From an uncultured Chloroflexia bacterium (GTDB lineage Bacteria > Chloroflexota > Anaerolineae > Aggregatilineales > UBA3940): a DNA stretch of 64,000 nucleotides. Below, piece by piece: positions 20,143 to 32,679 of this stretch. A program made the position numbers and the translations under genes. Numbering within the stretch: the stretch's first letter is position 1; each line of letters opens with the position of its first letter. The notes below the pieces were generated by a model. It was given only the letters and a program-made list of their open reading frames with translations. It did no database searches and was not told where the DNA came from. The DNA lies in assembly GCA_963787375.1 (NCBI GenBank), contig CAWBCR010000022.1, positions 8,041 to 72,040 on the forward strand, given 5' to 3'.

Positions 20143-21129
20143 GTGAACGCAGACATCGCAGGCAAACGGATACTGGTTACCGGTGCCACGGGTTTCATCG
20201 GCGGTTACGTGGCGCGGCGGCTGCACGCCGACGGCGCGCACGTGCTGGCGCTGGAACGCACGCCCGGCAAAGGTGATCCGCTGGCTCAGTTGGGTATCGA
20301 GGTCGTGCGCGGCGACATCGCTGACGGAGAGCGAATGAGTGCGCTCGCGTCGCAGGACATCGAGGTCGTGATGCACATCGCTGCCTGGCTGTCGGGCGCC
20401 GACATCCGCAACGCGCGGCCCGTCAACGTCGACGCCACCCGCGCACTGGCTGAAGCCAGTGCGGCGGCAGGGGTGAAGCGCTTCGTATACACCAGCAGCA
20501 TCGCCACCTACGGCAGCATCGGCAATCATGACGTCGACGAGACCACACCGGTCGCGCCATTCGGCGACCCGTACGGCGACAGCAAAGTGCTCGCCGAGCG
20601 TGCGCTGAAGGAGGTCGGTGATGCGACAGGCCTGCCGATTGTCGTCGTGCGGCCTGGCATGGTGTATGGTCCTGGTAGCCAGGGTTGGACAGTACGGCTG
20701 GCCCGCTGGGCGCAGCGCGGCACCGCGCCGCTGCTGGGCGGCGGCAAGGGAACGGCTTTCCCAGTCTACATTGACAATCTGGTCGACCTGCTGCTGCTGT
20801 GTGCCACGCACCCGGATGCGCCCGGCCAGACGTTCAACGCGGTCGATGACGGGCCCGTGACATTCGCGGAGTTCCTGGGCGGTTATATGCGGATGATCCC
20901 CACCGAGCGAGCCATCCGCGTCCCGTGCTGGGTGGCCTGGGTAGCGATTACGCTGGCCGACCCATTTGTGCGGCGCTATAAGCTGTCATATGTCATCGGG
21001 CAGATGTGCGGCACCGGCCTGATCGGCAACCGGAAGGCAAAGGAAGTGTTGGGCTGGCAGCCGCTGGTCCGGCTGGACGAGGGGATGGCACGCAGCGAGG
21101 CGTGGCTGCGCGCCGAGGGGATACTCTAG
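20143..21129 (+). CDS. NAD-dependent epimerase/dehydratase
   Basis: GATGFIG, YGDSK, RPGMVYGP. Confidence 0.9.
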   Translation: MNADIAGKRILVTGATGFIGGYVARRLHADGAHVLALERTPGKGDPLAQLGIEVVRGDIADGERMSALASQDIEVVMHIAAWLSGADIRNARPVNVDATRALAEASAAAGVKRFVYTSSIATYGSIGNHDVDETTPVAPFGDPYGDSKVLAERALKEVGDATGLPIVVVRPGMVYGPGSQGWTVRLARWAQRGTAPLLGGGKGTAFPVYIDNLVDLLLLCATHPDAPGQTFNAVDDGPVTFAEFLGGYMRMIPTERAIRVPCWVAWVAITLADPFVRRYKLSYVIGQMCGTGLIGNRKAKEVLGWQPLVRLDEGMARSEAWLRAEGIL

Positions 21130-21136
21130 GCTGCGC

Positions 21137-21979
21137 ATGCCGGGCTGGCTGATGTGGGCACTGATCGCGGCGGGCGCTGCGCTGGTCGGCGGGCTGGCGT
21201 ACTGGCAGCTTGTGCTGGCCGAGGGGGCCTATCTCGGGCAGAGTGTGGTCACCTACCTGTACGACATCACCGCGCGCCGCTATGACGATATCAAGCAGTA
21301 TGACGCCGCAACCGAGTCAGCCTATCTGGGCGAGCCGCTGGCCGCGCTGCTGGTGGGCATCGCCGACCCGCTGGTGCTGGACATCGGCACTGGTACGGGA
21401 CGCCTGCCGCTCACACTGCTGGAGCAGCCAGGCTTTCGCGGGCGGGTCATCGGCGTGGACGCTTCGCGGCCCATGCTGGAAGGCGCTGTGCAGCGCCTCG
21501 ACGGCTACGAACGCCGCACGCTGCTCATCTGGCGTGATGGGGCGCGGCTGCCCTTTGCCGACGGCTCGTTCGACTGCGTGACGTGCCTCGAGATGCTGGA
21601 GTTCACGCCACGGCCTGAAGAGCAAATCGCCGAGGCGCTGCGGGTGCTGCGACCGGGCGGTATTCTGCTGACCACCCGGCGGCGCGGCTGGAACGCGGCC
21701 ATCATGCCGGGCAAGACGCACAGCGTGCAGGCGTTCCGAGCGATGCTGGAGCGGCACGGCATCGCGCGCGTCGAAGTACAGGTGTGGCAGGTGGAGTATG
21801 ACCTGGTATGGGGTCTTAAGGCTGGCGAGCAACCGCCGCGCCGTCAGCACGTGCTCGACGCGCTGCGCTGTCCGGCCTGCGGACAGAATCGCTGGCTTAA
21901 GGATGACGGTGGTTTGCGCTGCCAGTCGTGCAGCGTGGTCTACGCTGTTCGTGAGGGGATTGTCGACATGCTACGCTAG
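21137..21979 (+). CDS. Class I SAM methyltransferase with N-terminal TM and C-terminal Trm112-like zinc ribbon
   Basis: LDIGTGTG, LPFADGSFD, LRPGG; CPAC...CQSC. Confidence 0.85.
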   Translation: MPGWLMWALIAAGAALVGGLAYWQLVLAEGAYLGQSVVTYLYDITARRYDDIKQYDAATESAYLGEPLAALLVGIADPLVLDIGTGTGRLPLTLLEQPGFRGRVIGVDASRPMLEGAVQRLDGYERRTLLIWRDGARLPFADGSFDCVTCLEMLEFTPRPEEQIAEALRVLRPGGILLTTRRRGWNAAIMPGKTHSVQAFRAMLERHGIARVEVQVWQVEYDLVWGLKAGEQPPRRQHVLDALRCPACGQNRWLKDDGGLRCQSCSVVYAVREGIVDMLR

Positions 21980-22069
21980 CTCATCGAACCAGCCAGCGCC
22001 CTACCCCGAAGGGGCTCAGGGCAACCACCTGAAGCACAACCTCAATTTATCAGACCGAGAGGTGCCGCA

Positions 22070-23441
22070 TTGTGCGCAGACACACCGCTGCGGTGTGATC
22101 ATCACGTCATCATCCCTGATGGGCAAGGACAACATATTCTGATGCTGCCGGACGGCGACGGCTGCGGCTGCCAGTCCTCAGCACGACTAAGCGCATCTAC
22201 TGGCAAGATACCGCCCACATCAACCGGACAATGCGCGAGCAGTTAGGCGTCGACGTGACGATGCTGCGCTGCCTGTCGAGCGTACACGACGAGAGGCATA
22301 GGATTGTCAGCCGCCTGTATGCTGCGGAGAACCACAGCCTCAGATGGGCAGCGCCGAACGGCGCGCGCTGGGTCGACCGGGATGACCTGGACGGCCTGAG
22401 GCTGAGCTGACGTATCCGGAAATGCGCCCACGTATTGCGGCGTGGTTCGAGCGACCCGCAGGCGGCGAACCGCCCTGGTACGCGCCAGGCTGGCTCGACG
22501 ACGCCGTAGGGTGGATCGACGCGTGGCTGGCGGAGCAGGATGCCACGCGCACCGGTCCGGTCGAGCAGATGCGGTCGTGGGCCATCAGCGCGCTGCTGCG
22601 CGTTCCGAGCAGCGGCGGCGACCTGTACTTCAAAGCGATGATCGGAACGTTGAACCGCGAGGTGACCGTCACGCAGGCCCTGGCGGCCAATTGCCCCGGG
22701 AGCATCCCGGCAGTCGCAGCCGCCGACGGCGCGCGGGGCTGGCTGCTGCTGCGTGACTTCCATGCGCAGCCATTGGCCGCCAACCCTGACCTGGCGCGCT
22801 GGGAGGCGGCACTGCGCGAGTACGCAGAGATTCAGATCGCATTGGCAGAGCGCATCGACGAGTTGTTCGGCTGGGGCTGTTCCGACTCGCGGCTTGAGCG
22901 TCTGGCCGCGCAGATCGACCCGCTGCTGGGCGACACTGACAGCATGCTACCGGATCAGCCCGGCGGCATACCGCGGGAGCAGATCAATGCGCTGCAGGCA
23001 GCCGGTCCGCGCCTCGGGGCGATGTGCGAGCGGCTGGCGGCGTTCGGCTTGCCGGATACGCTCGTGCACGGCGACTTCCACGATGAGAACATCGCAGTCG
23101 ACGGCGCGCGCAGCGTGTATTTCGACTGGACCGACGCCTGCGTAGCACATCCGTTTTTCGACGTGGCGGTCTTTCTGTCAGAGACCTCCATGCCGGACAA
23201 CGCGGGCCAGCACGCCAGGCTGCTGGCCGCGTACCTGGAGCCATGGGGCAGGATGGCAGATGCGTCGCGTCTGCAGGAAGCTGCCGGGCTGGCGAGGGTT
23301 CTCGGCGCGCTGCGGCAGTGCGTCACTTATCAGCAGCTTGTGCGTGGGTTGGGTCCCAGAATGCGCTGGGAGTTCGAGCGCGCACTGCCATTCTGGCTGG
23401 ATGTCCTGCACGAACGGCTGGTATCATCTGAGCAGGCTTAG
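22070..23441 (+). CDS. Aminoglycoside phosphotransferase (APH/choline kinase-like) family protein; 5' part disrupted by indels, start approximate
   Basis: YFKA, HGDFHDEN, FDWTD in ORF 22422..23441; upstream frames read as a continuing N-terminus (HVIIPDG..ILMLP; IYWQDTAHINR...RWVDRDDL). Confidence 0.7.
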
Positions 23442-23466
23442 TGATCCTCACCCGAAAGGATTGATC

Positions 23467-24264
23467 ATGCTGATCTGCCGCTATCTGACGGACTCGGGCC
23501 CCATGTTCGGGTTGATCGAGGAGAGACAGGTCTATCTGCTGGACGGCGACCCGTTCAGCGCGACCGCTCTTGAACCCGGCTCACAGCGACCGGCTCTGCA
23601 GCGCGGGCCATTCGTGGGTGCAGTTGACGAGGTGCGGCTGCTCGCGCCGGTGCAGCCCGGCAAGCTGGTTTGCGTCGGGCGCAACTACGCCGCGCACGCG
23701 AAGGAGCGCGACGAAGAGGTTCCGACTGAGCCGCTGCTATTCTTCAAGCCGACCAGCGCCGTGATCGGCCCCGGTGCAGCAATCGAGCTGCTGCCGGAGA
23801 TGGGGCGCGTCGAACACGAGGCTGAGCTGGCGATCGTCATGGGACGGCGCGGGCGCTTCATCCCGGAGAAGGACGCCCTCGGTTACGTGTTCGGCTACAC
23901 CTGCGCCGACGACGTCAGCGAGCGCGACTATCAGGCCAGGGACGGCCAGTGGACCCGCGCCAAGGGCTTCGACACGTTCTGCCCGCTGGGCCCGTGGATC
24001 AACACCAAGCTGGACCCAGCGAACGTAACGATCCGCTGCCGGGTAGACGGCGAGGCACGCCAGAACGGCCACAGCGCCGACATGATCTTCAAGCCGGCGC
24101 GGCTGATCGCGCACATCTCGCGCATCATGACGCTGGAGCCGGGCGATGTGATCCTGACCGGCACGCCGGCGGGGGTCAGCCCGATCAGGCCAGGCAGCAC
24201 CGTCGAAGTGGAGGTCGAGGGAATTGGCGTATTGCGCAACCCGGTGGTGATGCGGCAGGCGTAA
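23467..24264 (+). CDS. Fumarylacetoacetate hydrolase family protein
   Basis: CVGRNYAAH, FFKP, EHEAEL, AKGFDTFCPLGP, TLEPGDVILTGTP. Confidence 0.92.
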   Translation: MLICRYLTDSGPMFGLIEERQVYLLDGDPFSATALEPGSQRPALQRGPFVGAVDEVRLLAPVQPGKLVCVGRNYAAHAKERDEEVPTEPLLFFKPTSAVIGPGAAIELLPEMGRVEHEAELAIVMGRRGRFIPEKDALGYVFGYTCADDVSERDYQARDGQWTRAKGFDTFCPLGPWINTKLDPANVTIRCRVDGEARQNGHSADMIFKPARLIAHISRIMTLEPGDVILTGTPAGVSPIRPGSTVEVEVEGIGVLRNPVVMRQA

Positions 24265-24407
24265 GCCAATCATCGGGAAGAACGGATCGATTCTGCGCGC
24301 GGAATCACACTGCTGCCCATACCCCGGTTTACAGCCACTGCAGCTTGCCCGTACAATGATCGGCAGGATACACAACGTCCGCCTGATCAGGCACCGGGAG
24401 GCACAGC

Positions 24408-25361
24408 ATGGCATGGATCTGGATTCCTATCGCGATCGTCGGCATCCCCGTGGCAGGGCTGGCCGCGCTGTGGATCGCTGGCGAGCGGGGCCACGTGTTC
24501 GGCCTGCCCTCGACGCGGGCGGCGATCAGCGGAACGGGCGGCGCGGAGAAGCGTGCTTTCAACCTGCAGACTATTCATGGCTACATCTACGGGCGCTGGG
24601 CAGACGAGTACATCGGGTTCTGCATCCACACACTGCTGCCGCGCATGTCGCCGAAGTTCGGGCAGTGGTGGGCCGATCATTACCACGGCAAGGTGCTGAC
24701 AACCGAGCAGGCGCGCTGCATCGTGCAGCTTGATCACGATATCCCGCTGACCGACCTTGAGCAGGTGATCCCATACCCCACTGCGCGCGAGATCGTGCTG
24801 GAGGGGCCGCCGCAGATCACTGTGCTGGAATGCCCGTGTCGCGCTTCGCGGGAGAATCCGTGCCAGCCGACCCAGGTGTGCATGATCGTCGGGGACGGCA
24901 GCTTTGTGCTGGACCACCACCCGGAGAAATCGCGGCGACTGACACAGCAGGAGGCGCTTGACCTTCTCGAAGCCGAGCACCGGCGCGGGCATGTTCACAC
25001 GGCGTATTTCAAGGATGCCTGCAACGACCGCTTCTATGCGATCTGCAACTGCTGCTCCTGCTGCTGCGGCGGGCTGGAGGCGATGGTCAAGCACGGCGTG
25101 CCGATGGTCACTTCGTCGGGCTATGTGGCGCAGGTCAACGAGGAAGCGTGCCAGGCCTGCGGTGACTGCGAGACTGCCTGCCCGTTTGAGGCAATCACGA
25201 TGGGCTACACGGCGGAAGTCAACTGGGACAAGTGCATGGGCTGCGGCGTGTGCGAGGGCCAATGCGCCAACGGCGCCATCGCGCTGCGGCGCGACGCGCG
25301 CAAAGGCGTGCCGCTCGACGTGCGCACACTGGGCGTAAGCGCTCCGGCGGCTGCCGATTAA
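24408..25361 (+). CDS. Membrane-anchored 4Fe-4S dicluster protein
   Basis: CPCR, ICNCCSCCC, CQACGDCETACP, CMGCGVCEGQC. Confidence 0.85.
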   Translation: MAWIWIPIAIVGIPVAGLAALWIAGERGHVFGLPSTRAAISGTGGAEKRAFNLQTIHGYIYGRWADEYIGFCIHTLLPRMSPKFGQWWADHYHGKVLTTEQARCIVQLDHDIPLTDLEQVIPYPTAREIVLEGPPQITVLECPCRASRENPCQPTQVCMIVGDGSFVLDHHPEKSRRLTQQEALDLLEAEHRRGHVHTAYFKDACNDRFYAICNCCSCCCGGLEAMVKHGVPMVTSSGYVAQVNEEACQACGDCETACPFEAITMGYTAEVNWDKCMGCGVCEGQCANGAIALRRDARKGVPLDVRTLGVSAPAAAD

Positions 25362-25470
25362 CATCACTGCCCTGCGCAGTCTGCAAATAGATCAAACCGG
25401 CGCGGGCCTTGGAGTTGGCCCGCGCTTCTGATACAATAGCGGCCCATATATTCCGCCGAAGGAGTTGCGT

Positions 25471-27205
25471 GTGATCCGCATCCCGAAGGAGCTTGCCCCG
25501 CGCGTTGAAGAGGCAATCCGCAGCGCGCAGCGGGCCGGTGCGCTGCCTGAGTTTGACATCCCGGAGATCAAGATCCTGCGCGCCAGGAACGATGAGCATG
25601 GCGATTACGCCACGCCCGCCGCGATGCAGCTTGCCCGCGAACTGCGCATGAAGCCCGACGACGTCGCACGGGCAATTGCCGCGCACTTTCCGCCGGTCGA
25701 CTTTCTGAGCGGTGTCGAGCAGGTCGGCGGATTCCTCAACTTCCGGCTGTCTAACACGTGGCTTCAGCAGCAGGTCGAACAGATTCTGGCCGAAGGCGAG
25801 GCTTTCGCGCAGATGGACGACTTCGCCGGGAAGCGGGCGCAGGTCGAGTGCGTCAGTGCCAACCCCACCGGCCCAATCACCGTCGGGCGGGTGCGGGGCG
25901 GCATCCTGGGCGACACGCTGGGTCGCCTGCTGCGTGAGACAGGCTACGCTGTCGAGAGGGAGTACTACTTCAACAACGCCGGGCGGCAGATGCGCAAGCT
26001 GGGCGAGAGTCTGAAGGCCCGCTACCGCGAGCGGCTGGGGCTGCCATTCGAGTTCCCCGACGATGGCTATCAGGGGGAATACCTGTACGAAATCGCGGAC
26101 AGCCTGATCTCGGAACAGGGCGACGCGCTGAAGGACGCCGACTGGGAGACGTTCAAAGACTACGCCGAAGCTCAGATATTCGTCATGATCAAGTCGGCGC
26201 TGAAGCGCGTCAACATCACGTTTGACGTGTTCTTCAACGAGAATTCGCTGTACGAAGACGGCTCAGTGTGGAAGACGCTGGATCGGCTGCGTGAAAGCGG
26301 GCTGGTCTACGAGGCGCTCGCGCCCGAGATGGACGAAGACGCCGACGAGAAGCCCGAATCGGACGATGACGAGGACACGGTCGCTGCCGGCAAGCCGGCC
26401 ACATGGATCAAGATGCGCGCGCTGCGCGATGTGAAGAAGGACAAGGCGCTGGTCAAGTCAAGCGGGGAGCCAACCTATCGCCTGCCCGACGTGGCGTATC
26501 ATATCAACAAGCTGGAGCGTGGCTTTGACCTGCTGGTCAACGTGCTGGGCGCGGACCACATCGAAGAAGCGAAAGATGTCGCTGCGATGGTCGGCGCGCT
26601 GGGCTACGACGCCAGCAAGAATTCACGTGCCGCTTCACCAGTTCGTGACGATCAGCGAGGGCGGTGAGACGAAGCGCATGAGCACGCGCAGGGGCGAATT
26701 CGTCACGCTGGACGAGCTGGTCGACGACGTGGGACCGGACGCAGTGCGCTACTTCATGCTGGCCCGCTCGCCCGAAAGCCGCATGGACTTCGACCTGGAA
26801 CTCGCCCGCAAGCAATCGAACGAGAACCCTGTGTACTACATCCAGAACGCGTACGTGCGCTGCGCGAGCATCGCCCGCGTGGCTGAGGAACGCGGCGTGC
26901 GCTGGGACGATGGTGATGTGACGCTGCTGACCGATCCGCGCGAGCTGGCGCTGATCAAGAAGCTGCGGGAACTGCCGGAGATCGTCGAGTTGTGTGCAGC
27001 GGAACTCGCGCCGCACAAGATCGCGTTCTGGGCACATGAGGAACTGGCGCGGCTGTTCCACCCGACTTACGAAGACGTCCGTGCGCTGCACGGAGACGTG
27101 CCAGCCGACATAGCGAAGGCCCGGCTCAAGCTGTACGCGACAGCGCGGATCGTCATTGGGCGGACGCTGGACCTGATGGGCATGAGCGCGCCAGAAAGCA
27201 TGTAG
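25471..27205 (+). CDS. argS: Arginine--tRNA ligase (frameshift near 26620)
   Basis: [52 protein letters not shown]. Confidence 0.93.
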
Positions 27206-27233
27206 TTCAGGACACTGGGGGATACATCGCACA

Positions 27234-27788
27234 ATGGGCTTGAAGGCAGACAACTGGATCAAGATGATGGCGCTGGAACAGGGCATGATCGACCCGTTCG
27301 TCGAGGGGCAAAAAGGCAACGGAGTGATCTCGTTTGGCCTGTCGTCGTATGGCTATGACATTCGCGTGGCAGACACGTTCAAGATATTCACCAACGTCAA
27401 CTCGACGGTGGTCGACCCGAAGAACTTCGACCCCAACGCCTATGTCGATTTCAAAGGCGGCGTGTGCGTCATCCCGCCGAACTCGTTCGTGCTGGCGCAC
27501 TCGGTCGAGACCATGCGCATGCCGCGCGACGTGACGGGCGTGGTCCTGTGCAAGTCGACCTACATCCGTGCGGGCGTGCTGATCCCGACGACAGTGCTGG
27601 AAGCAGGTTGGGAAGGAATCATCACGCTGGAAATCAGCAACGTGACACCGCTGCCTGCGCGCGTGTACGCCAATGAAGGCATCGCGCAGATTTTGTTCTT
27701 TGAAGGCGACGAAGCCTGCGACGTTAGCTATGCGGATCGCAGCGGCAAATACCAGAATCAGCGTGGTGTGGTGCTGCCGAGGATCTAG
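27234..27788 (+). CDS. dcd: dCTP deaminase
   Basis: [39 protein letters not shown]. Confidence 0.93.
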   Translation: MGLKADNWIKMMALEQGMIDPFVEGQKGNGVISFGLSSYGYDIRVADTFKIFTNVNSTVVDPKNFDPNAYVDFKGGVCVIPPNSFVLAHSVETMRMPRDVTGVVLCKSTYIRAGVLIPTTVLEAGWEGIITLEISNVTPLPARVYANEGIAQILFFEGDEACDVSYADRSGKYQNQRGVVLPRI

Positions 27789-27796
27789 CGCGGCGG

Positions 27797-27826
27797 TTGA
27801 CATCCCCCTGCCCCGGCGGCTATAAT
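27797..27826 (+). promoter_or_regulatory. Consensus sigma70 promoter for the tRNA
   Basis: TTGACA (27797-27802), 18 nt, TATAAT (27821-27826). Confidence 0.85.
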
Positions 27827-27836
27827 CGCGCTCACC

Positions 27837-27910
27837 GGGCGGTTAGCTCAGTTGGATAGAGCACCTCCCTTACAAGGAGGGGGTCACAAGTTCGAGTCTT
27901 GTACCGCCCA
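27837..27910 (+). tRNA. tRNA-Val (anticodon TAC); CCA not encoded
   Basis: Cloverleaf: GGGCGGT/ACCGCCC acceptor, GCTC/GAGC D-stem, CCTCC-CTTACAA-GGAGG, ACAAG-TTCGAGT-CTTGT. Confidence 0.96.
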
Positions 27911-27963
27911 CAGACGCAGTCTCACACGGGATCGCGCGATCCCGCCAGCGCCAATCCTGACAG

Positions 27964-27993
27964 AACGAGCCCGGCCACATGGCCGGGCTCGTT
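27964..27993. terminator. Hairpin terminator between tRNA and the convergent gene
   Basis: aacgagcccggcca-ca-tggccgggctcgtt perfect inverted repeat. Confidence 0.8.
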
Positions 27994-28014
27994 GCATTGG
28001 TTTGGCAGGACGAG

Positions 28015-29490
28015 CTAGCGCTTGCCGACGAGATCGGGGATCGGGCTGTCGCGCCAGATTTCGTACGGGTAGCCCGCCGAGGCAGACAGGACGTACGAGA
28101 TCAGTGCGCCGACGTTGGCGGGGAGAGTCCGAGCCTCGTTAAAGAGTTTCTGGTATTCCTGACCCTTGATCTGCTTCTCGACCTTGGGGCTGGAATTGCT
28201 GAACTCGCTAGCGATGATCACCTTATCGGGGAACATCTCCGCGTAGCGGCGCAGATCTTGCAGTGAGCGAGTATATGGCGAGCCATCCGCCCCCCAGTAC
28301 GTATGCAGGCAAATGAAATCGGCCTGGCGCATCGCTGGTTCTGCCTCGCGCATGAAACGCTCCGAGTCGTAACGCAGCGGTGTGCCATCCGGTTTGCTGA
28401 CGTCGAGCCCGGGCGAGAGCCCCGGCCAGCCCCACAACCCTTCAGGGTAGCGCTGCTTGAGAATATCGCGGCATTGGAGGAAGAAGTCGCCGAACTCCTT
28501 GCCGTTCTGCCACATCACCCACATGCCTTCGGGGCCGTCAGCATGATGCAGATTCGGCTCGTTGTGAACCTCGAAATAGCGGACGCCGGCGGCGTAAAGG
28601 CGTCCCGTCGAGGCGTCGATCTCGTGCAGGAAATCATCGACCGTGCGCCTGACCGGGAACTTGGCAAACAACCGCGCCATAATGAACTTCACACCGACCG
28701 TGCGCAGCCGGTCGACGATGGGCGCGCCCATGTCTTCAGCAGCGAGCACCTTGACCGCCTCGACGCGGGCCTTCTGCAGGATACTGTAGTTGATGTCATC
28801 CCACGGCCACATACCGGGGTCAGTAGGGCCGTGCACACCGGCCAGCGCGTGCCCGATTGGCAACTCAAGAACCTTGGGAGGCTCGCGCAGGAACCAGGCT
28901 GCTGCCCAGCCCGTCTGCCCGTTGGGCATCGTGATCTGAATCCATTCACCGTCACGGCCCAGCTTGGCGCGTGCGTCGTTAGGATCGACTGCCTGTACGC
29001 GATCCTGCGGCGTGATGCTGCCAGCGGTATCATACTGGCGACCGGGGCCAGAGCGCACGCGCAGCCCTTCCGGCGAGGACGTGCTGAGGGTGAGCGGCGG
29101 GCCGGTGGGCGATGGCGGCGTGATGACCGGCTGGACGGGCGGCACCGTAGGGAGCTTCGGCGGCGCTACGACCGGTTGGACGGGCGTTGGCGCGACGGGC
29201 GCGGTGGGCTGCGAGGCTGCATCTGTGGGGACTTCCGGCGCAGCGCCGGATTCCGACACAAACGACTGTTGGACGAACCACGCCGCAACGTAGCCGCTGC
29301 CCTGCTCCGAAGTCACGTTGATCCACTGACCTTCATTGCCAATCTTGGCCAGCACGCTCGCCGGGTTCTCATTAACTTCCAGCATCTCCGGGAAATAGAC
29401 GGTAGCCACAACAGTGCCTTCCGTGCTGGGGCCGCTGCGGATGCGCAAACCCTCCACGCCGGTTGGCGTGACGTACGTCTTTTCACTCAT
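28015..29490 (-). CDS. Two bacterial SH3 domains plus clan GH-A-like glycoside hydrolase domain
   Basis: GLRIRSGPS...GYVAAWFV and GLRVRSGPG...GWAAAWFL; HNEPN and ASEF motifs; RBS AGGAGG near ATG 29490. Confidence 0.75.
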   Translation of the reverse strand: MSEKTYVTPTGVEGLRIRSGPSTEGTVVATVYFPEMLEVNENPASVLAKIGNEGQWINVTSEQGSGYVAAWFVQQSFVSESGAAPEVPTDAASQPTAPVAPTPVQPVVAPPKLPTVPPVQPVITPPSPTGPPLTLSTSSPEGLRVRSGPGRQYDTAGSITPQDRVQAVDPNDARAKLGRDGEWIQITMPNGQTGWAAAWFLREPPKVLELPIGHALAGVHGPTDPGMWPWDDINYSILQKARVEAVKVLAAEDMGAPIVDRLRTVGVKFIMARLFAKFPVRRTVDDFLHEIDASTGRLYAAGVRYFEVHNEPNLHHADGPEGMWVMWQNGKEFGDFFLQCRDILKQRYPEGLWGWPGLSPGLDVSKPDGTPLRYDSERFMREAEPAMRQADFICLHTYWGADGSPYTRSLQDLRRYAEMFPDKVIIASEFSNSSPKVEKQIKGQEYQKLFNEARTLPANVGALISYVLSASAGYPYEIWRDSPIPDLVGKR

Positions 29491-29674
29491 ACCATGATCC
29501 TCCTGAATGGTCAGCCAGCCGGGCAGGCAATTACAGCGAACCGATTTTCGGGTTGATCGGACTGCGAGGGATCTATGAGAATCCGACCGCGCCGAGCCAC
29601 AGCCTGGCCAGCAAGGCAGCCTCTCATGGTTGTAGCATACTTTGTGCAGAAGGCAAATTCCGTCAGCGCCAATA

Positions 29675-29703
29675 GAAAAGCCCCCGTCCGATGGGCGGGG
29701 GCC
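29675..29703 (-). terminator. Intrinsic terminator of the gcv operon
   Basis: gcccccgcccatcggacgggggc followed by TTTT on the minus strand. Confidence 0.8.
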
Positions 29704-29722
29704 TGTCTTTGGCTGTTGAGCG

Positions 29723-31201
29723 TCAGGCTGGCATCTCAGGGAGCGAGGTCGGGCGGCAGCACAACACGAGATTCTTGGCTGCTTGCACCTCGTCCAGCCT
29801 GCCGACGGGCGCGGTGTGCGGCGCGTTGTGCAGCAGATCGGGGTCGTCGTGCGCCTCCTGCGCGATGGCGCGCATGGCGTCAACAAAGCTGTCGAGCGTT
29901 TCCTTGCTTTCCGTTTCGGTCGGCTCGATCATCAGCGCCTCGTGGACAATCAACGGGAAGTAGTTCGTCGGCGGGTGATAGCCATAGTCGATCAGCCGCT
30001 TGGAGACATCCAGTGCATGCACACCGGGCGCATCTTCCCACAGACCCTCGCACACGAACTCGTGCATGTTGACCCGGTCGTACGGTACGTGATAGGTATC
30101 CTTGAGGCAGGCGCGCAGGTAGTTCGCGTTGAGTACCGCCATCTCGCTGACCTTGCGCAGACCATCGCCGCCGTTGACCAGCATGTAGGCATAGGCGCGG
30201 ATATGCATCCCGAAGTTGCCATAGAATGCCTTCATGCGGCCAATCGTCTTTTCCGGCGTGACGAAGCCATACACTGGAGGATCGTCCTCGTCCTCAGGCT
30301 CCTCGATGATGTCGACGACCGGGGTGGGCAGGAATGGCAGCAGCCGCTCTGAGACACCCACCGGCCCGGAGCCAGGGCCGCCCCCGCCGTGCGGCGTGCT
30401 GAAGGTCTTGTGCAGGTTGAAATGCATCACATCGAAGCCCAGGTCGCCGGGGCGCACGATGCCCATCAGTGCGTTGAAGTTCGCGCCGTCACCGTAGACC
30501 AGCCCGCCGCAGTCGTGGACGGTCTTGATCACATCTTCGACGTGCTCCTCGAACAGGCCGAGTGTGTTGGGGTTGGTGATCATCAGTCCGACGACGGTAT
30601 CGTCACACTCTGCGCGCAGGGCATCGAGGTCGATGTTGCCGCGCGCGTCGGACGGCAGTTCGACGACAGTCAGGCCGCTCATCGTGGTGCTGGCGGGGTT
30701 CGTGCCGTGCGCCGAATCGGGGATCAACATCTTGACACGCTTGGTGTCCCCGCGGTCCAGGTGATACTGCGCGGATGATCAGGATACCGGTGAACTCACC
30801 GTGAGCGCCGGCGGCGGGCTGCAGCGACACGCCCGCGAAACCACCCAGTTCCTGCAACCATTGCTGGAGGTTGAACATCAACTCCAGCGCGCCCTGGACC
30901 GTCTCGATGGGCTGGTAGGGGTGAAGCTGTGCCAGCCCCGGCAGCCGGGCCAGGTCCTCGTTGAGCTTGGGATTGTACTTCATCGTGCACGAGCCCAGCG
31001 GATACATGCCCGTGTCGATGGAGTAGTTCATCTGCGACAGCCGCGTGAAGTGGCGCACGACATCGACCTCGCTCACTTCGGGCAGGTCAAGCATCGCCCG
31101 CTGAAGCTCGGCAGGTAGCGGCTCGGCAAGCGGCACGTCCGGCTCCGGCATATCGATACCGGTGCGGCCCTGCGCGCCCAGGTCGTAGATCAGGGGTTCG
31201 T

Positions 31202-31205
<4 letters not shown>
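29723..31205 (-). CDS. gcvPB: Glycine dehydrogenase subunit 2 (frameshift near 30765)
   Basis: YPLGSCTMKYNP, QPAAGAHGE, SAHGTNPAS, HFNLHKTFSTPHGGGGPG, EPTETE. Confidence 0.93.
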
Positions 31206-32545
<1,340 letters not shown>

Positions 32546-32679
32546 GGTTTCAGACTCCTGGCAGCCGTCCAACCGGCCCGATGCTGCACCGCACAGCCTG
32601 ACGCCAGTTGGCAGGCAGTAGAACTACCTTCCCTGGCCCCGGCGTCGCAGCATCCCGAGCCGATCAGATCGACGTGCTG

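Noticed and set aside
27837-29490. tRNA-Val as a genomic island integration site
   Set aside because: No integrase, no duplicated tRNA 3' end and no compositional shift seen.
29491-29640. c-di-AMP or c-di-GMP riboswitch upstream of the SH3 hydrolase
   Set aside because: Consensus motifs not found; only short hairpins.
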